Part shown: in pieces, positions 49,213 through 52,190 of the stretch
How the letters are laid out: each line of letters begins with the position of its first letter
Position numbering within the stretch: the stretch's first letter is position 1
From: a virus
Lineage: Duplodnaviria; Caudoviricetes
Virus record (IMG/VR): IMGVR_UViG_3300037493_003077
Span: 1-52,190 of that record
Direction: 5' to 3' (one strand)
Length of the DNA: 52,190 nucleotides
The notes under the pieces: model-generated
Told to the model about the DNA's origin: nothing
Database searches by the model: none
What the model saw: only the letters and a program-made list of their open reading frames with translations
Position numbers and translations under genes: made by a program

Positions 49213-49576
49213 ATGACTTCTCTTCCATAATATCTGAATTGCTCAATTTATTAATTTTATTCTTAATATCAAATCTCATATCGTTTACGACATAAACTGA
49301 ACGAGCGAGTTTGATGAACTCATCATCAAACTCTAATTTAGATTCTTTGGTTCTGATTTCGTCCTCTACAACCCACAATTTTTCATTTATTGATTTTAGA
49401 TTGGATATTTCATCAGAAAATATAGTGAAATAATTCTTTGCGAACAAACAATTGGATATTACTTCCAACTCTTTGTGAATATTTTCCAACTTGGAACTAT
49501 CACTTATTCTTTCGTGTTTTATACACAATATAGTGTATTTGTCAATAACTTCACCCACAGATACATCAATCATCAT
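49196..49576 (-). CDS. DUF6165-like protein
   Basis: VSVGEVIDKYTIL, INEKLWVVEDEIR, ARSVY..ND.R..IK, EEKSY. Confidence 0.72.
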   Translation of the reverse strand: MMIDVSVGEVIDKYTILCIKHERISDSSKLENIHKELEVISNCLFAKNYFTIFSDEISNLKSINEKLWVVEDEIRTKESKLEFDDEFIKLARSVYVVNDMRFDIKNKINKLSNSDIMEEKSYAKYS

Positions 49577-50313
49577 ACTATATAATTCCAATCTTTTTTA
49601 TAAATGTGATCTACATAGGAAAAATCTGGATTCTGCAATCTGCCATTCACCTTTCGTGAATACATGTTCAGTTTTCCTTTAGTATTTAGGTTTTCAACGA
49701 GATAGCAAAGTGAAGTTTCAACTGTATGGATCTCCAGAGCATTTTCTATAACCCAGCACAGATCAAATACATTGAATAACTTAATGTGTTCTGGTTTATG
49801 ATATACACATTTTATATTTGAATTTGTAATATTTACTTCCCTGTATACCATATCAGGTGGAGAAGCAAACATATTATTCACAAAAATAAATGGTTCGTTC
49901 TTTATACCAAGGATTTCCTTACAACGAATCTCTCGTTCTTGATTTCGTTCAAATTGCAAATAATCTTTCCAATTATTTTCATTGACATCAAATCCCATGA
50001 ATTGCATCAACAGATACTTGCCCTTCATCGGTAGCACACCAAATCTATGATGTGAAATATCAAATGGAATATATACAAATTCTTCTGTATTGATTGCAAT
50101 TGGTGTCTTATAACATTCCTTACGAGGAAAATTTTCATTTACATTTACAAAATTGATTCCCTTGATGTAATCTTTGATGTATAGGAATTCTGGAATCACA
50201 GGCCATATAACTTCATATCCTAAAGATATGAAATGTCTTGCTGCCTTCTGTAAGAAGAATATATCACCAATTCCTGCTGGTTGCCAAAATAAAACTTGTT
50301 TATTCACTTGCAT
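49573..50313 (-). CDS. Hypothetical glycosyltransferase-like protein
   Basis: GIGDI N-terminal motif, IHTVETS; cluster context. Confidence 0.55.
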   Translation of the reverse strand: MQVNKQVLFWQPAGIGDIFFLQKAARHFISLGYEVIWPVIPEFLYIKDYIKGINFVNVNENFPRKECYKTPIAINTEEFVYIPFDISHHRFGVLPMKGKYLLMQFMGFDVNENNWKDYLQFERNQEREIRCKEILGIKNEPFIFVNNMFASPPDMVYREVNITNSNIKCVYHKPEHIKLFNVFDLCWVIENALEIHTVETSLCYLVENLNTKGKLNMYSRKVNGRLQNPDFSYVDHIYKKDWNYIV

Positions 50314-50968
50314 TACCTACTAAGTTAAATTTCACGACCTCTTCTCGAAGACCCATTTCTCTCAGTGAATTTTCTTTGGATTTTCCATCAGCAATCCCCA
50401 TTGTTATCATTGGCGTGAATCCTTCTGGCAATGATGTTCCAGGCCATATGGCATATGGATGTCCAAGCATACCAATTCGCATCTTGGGTAAAAATTCAGG
50501 AAGAACTTCACTCATCAGAACTTCATGATCAAATAATTTCACACCCAAATTCATTTCATTGAATTCGCATCGTTCAACCCAGTAAGTCAAACACTGTATG
50601 GTATTTTCTGTATAATTTATATAAATTGGTGATGCTTTGGGTAAATTGGGATTCACATCTGGAGGATTGCCTTGATATGCAAATGCCATATCGCAGTTGT
50701 CTTTCAGTGTATCAAATATAGAAAGTTCAGCATGAATCAAAGAATCCACATCCATCCACACAAATGGTCGTTTCTTTTCTTCTAACACAGAAAGAATAAA
50801 TCTTGGTTTAGCAAGACAATTTAAACGGTATTCGCCACGCGAAGGTAATTCGCGAATATCATGTGGAATATTATTCTCATTGCAATTGATTCTCAGACGA
50901 CGCGCGTGATCGCTATAGTATGTACGATCATCTATATCACAATAAAAGGATACAATTTCAGTTTTCAT
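50300..50968 (-). CDS. Putative nucleotide-diphospho-sugar transferase (GT-A)
   Basis: KPRFIL..L, VWMDVDS DxD motif. Confidence 0.68.
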   Translation of the reverse strand: MKTEIVSFYCDIDDRTYYSDHARRLRINCNENNIPHDIRELPSRGEYRLNCLAKPRFILSVLEEKKRPFVWMDVDSLIHAELSIFDTLKDNCDMAFAYQGNPPDVNPNLPKASPIYINYTENTIQCLTYWVERCEFNEMNLGVKLFDHEVLMSEVLPEFLPKMRIGMLGHPYAIWPGTSLPEGFTPMITMGIADGKSKENSLREMGLREEVVKFNLVGNASE

Positions 50969-51797
50969 TGATTAGTTTAAATAATTGATCATCAGCAGAA
51001 ACAAGTTCTTTAACCCGATTAAAGTTGTCTCTTACTGCGTCAAGTTTACTTTCATATAGTTCTTTTGTCAATGTTTTTGGATCAAAATCTGGAGTTAATT
51101 CTATAATTCCATCTTTGTTGAAGATATCACCAATATCTGGTGCTCCCCAATATACTGGTATTGTTCCCGTAGCAAAACAATCAGTTATTTTCTCTGTATA
51201 ATATGTACTGTACTTATCATTTTCAACAGTAATAGAAAACATATAATCATTCAGTCCTTCAGACTTATCACCCCACGGAACACCTGGACTTAATCTACGA
51301 GATCCAAGAACTCCACCATACAGATCAAGGTTATTTTTATATTGTTCTGCTAATTGATGACGAATAGCATGTCCAAATGCAAATTTCTTGGGAGAAGCAA
51401 TCATAGATGCTAATTTTGTTTTTGGAAAAATATCTTGGTTCTTTATCCATGGAAGATTACTTCCTGCTGGACAGTATCTTACCTTTGGATGTTTTCCCAA
51501 CCAACTCTTCTCAGAAGTAAAAAGAAGATCATATGAATCACAAATATTTAAAAATTGCTCTTCCCAAACTTCTCTTGGAAAGTTCATTGCATGAAAAATA
51601 GCACGGGATTCACAAACCCATGCTATTTTCATTGTTCCAGGTTTCTTCTGATAAGACATTCCGATGGCAATTCCACCATCTATAAAAACTTTTACAGGAA
51701 AGTCTTCAGCGATCCAACTGAATGATTGTGGCAATAAATTAGAATTTGATGAATATTCTATTTGAAATGGAGCACCAATTGCTTGCATTTTTTTCAT
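50958..51797 (-). CDS. GT10 (fucosyltransferase-like) glycosyltransferase
   Basis: YMFSITVEN...YYTEKITDCFATGTIPVYWG. Confidence 0.82.
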   Translation of the reverse strand: MKKMQAIGAPFQIEYSSNSNLLPQSFSWIAEDFPVKVFIDGGIAIGMSYQKKPGTMKIAWVCESRAIFHAMNFPREVWEEQFLNICDSYDLLFTSEKSWLGKHPKVRYCPAGSNLPWIKNQDIFPKTKLASMIASPKKFAFGHAIRHQLAEQYKNNLDLYGGVLGSRRLSPGVPWGDKSEGLNDYMFSITVENDKYSTYYTEKITDCFATGTIPVYWGAPDIGDIFNKDGIIELTPDFDPKTLTKELYESKLDAVRDNFNRVKELVSADDQLFKLINEN

Positions 51798-51824
51798 AAT
51801 ATAAAATCTCCACACTTATATATG

Positions 51825-52190
51825 TCACTTACCAATATGGTATTTGGGAATCAAAGTCCATTCTTTCTTTTCTTTATGTGGAATGATCTTCAATCTAGCA
51901 AGAGAAAGTTGTGGTTGCTCATACTGTTTTGGATCTATCACATCCACCAATTCCCATTCTACCAGCAATTTAACTATTGTATTTCTTCGCCCAAGATCGT
52001 CTTCTGATATATCAGAGTCAAGACCATCAAGAACAAACATTTCTTTAAAATGTATGATAGCATATCTACCTCGCTTGTGTAGTATATGACACGATTGATA
52101 TAATTTCTTTTCAGTTTTAGAAGACACACCGATTCTAGTGAGAGTTTCTTTAACTTTAAGGAAATCTTCTTCACTTTTCAATGTTATCTC
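51825..52190 (-). CDS. regA: Translational repressor RegA (5' end beyond the window)
   Basis: DFLKVKETLTRIGV, LYQSCHILHKRGRY, RRNTI..LL..W, KYHIG; frame stays open to the window edge. Confidence 0.93.
   Translation of the reverse strand, partial: EITLKSEEDFLKVKETLTRIGVSSKTEKKLYQSCHILHKRGRYAIIHFKEMFVLDGLDSDISEDDLGRRNTIVKLLVEWELVDVIDPKQYEQPQLSLARLKIIPHKEKKEWTLIPKYHIGK

Noticed and set aside
42345-51797. Host chromosomal O-antigen/capsule locus (contamination)
   Set aside because: No flippase, polymerase or export genes; it is contiguous and co-oriented with phage regA and fibre genes

Overview
This window looks like part of a large T4-like (myovirus-type) phage genome, with almost all genes on the minus strand. 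Core replication and nucleotide-metabolism genes are recognisable: regA (5'-truncated at the window edge), a family-B DNA polymerase (gp43) split into two genes about 2.6 kb apart, uvsX, gp41 helicase, gp61 primase, thyX, class II nrdJ and dUTPase. About 33 kb separates regA from the polymerase. It holds a ~13 kb glycosyltransferase / sugar-nucleotide / methyltransferase cluster that runs directly into a ~17 kb array of mosaic fibre genes, four of them collagen-like (Gly-Asn-Thr repeats). A GT2+TPR-like glycosyltransferase sits at the junction, so the two blocks form a candidate phage-encoded virion-fibre glycosylation system. The gap between the polymerase halves holds a SpoU RNA methyltransferase with tRNA-Gln(UUG) and a short-armed tRNA-Leu(UAA), a PEP-CTERM-type gene bracketed by a 36-bp direct repeat, and a candidate capsid-internal protein. 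Exported host-envelope-type proteins (beta-barrel, cohesin-dockerin, PEP-CTERM-like) suggest a diderm host, possibly a planctomycete. All calls come from motif recognition by eye; no database search was run.
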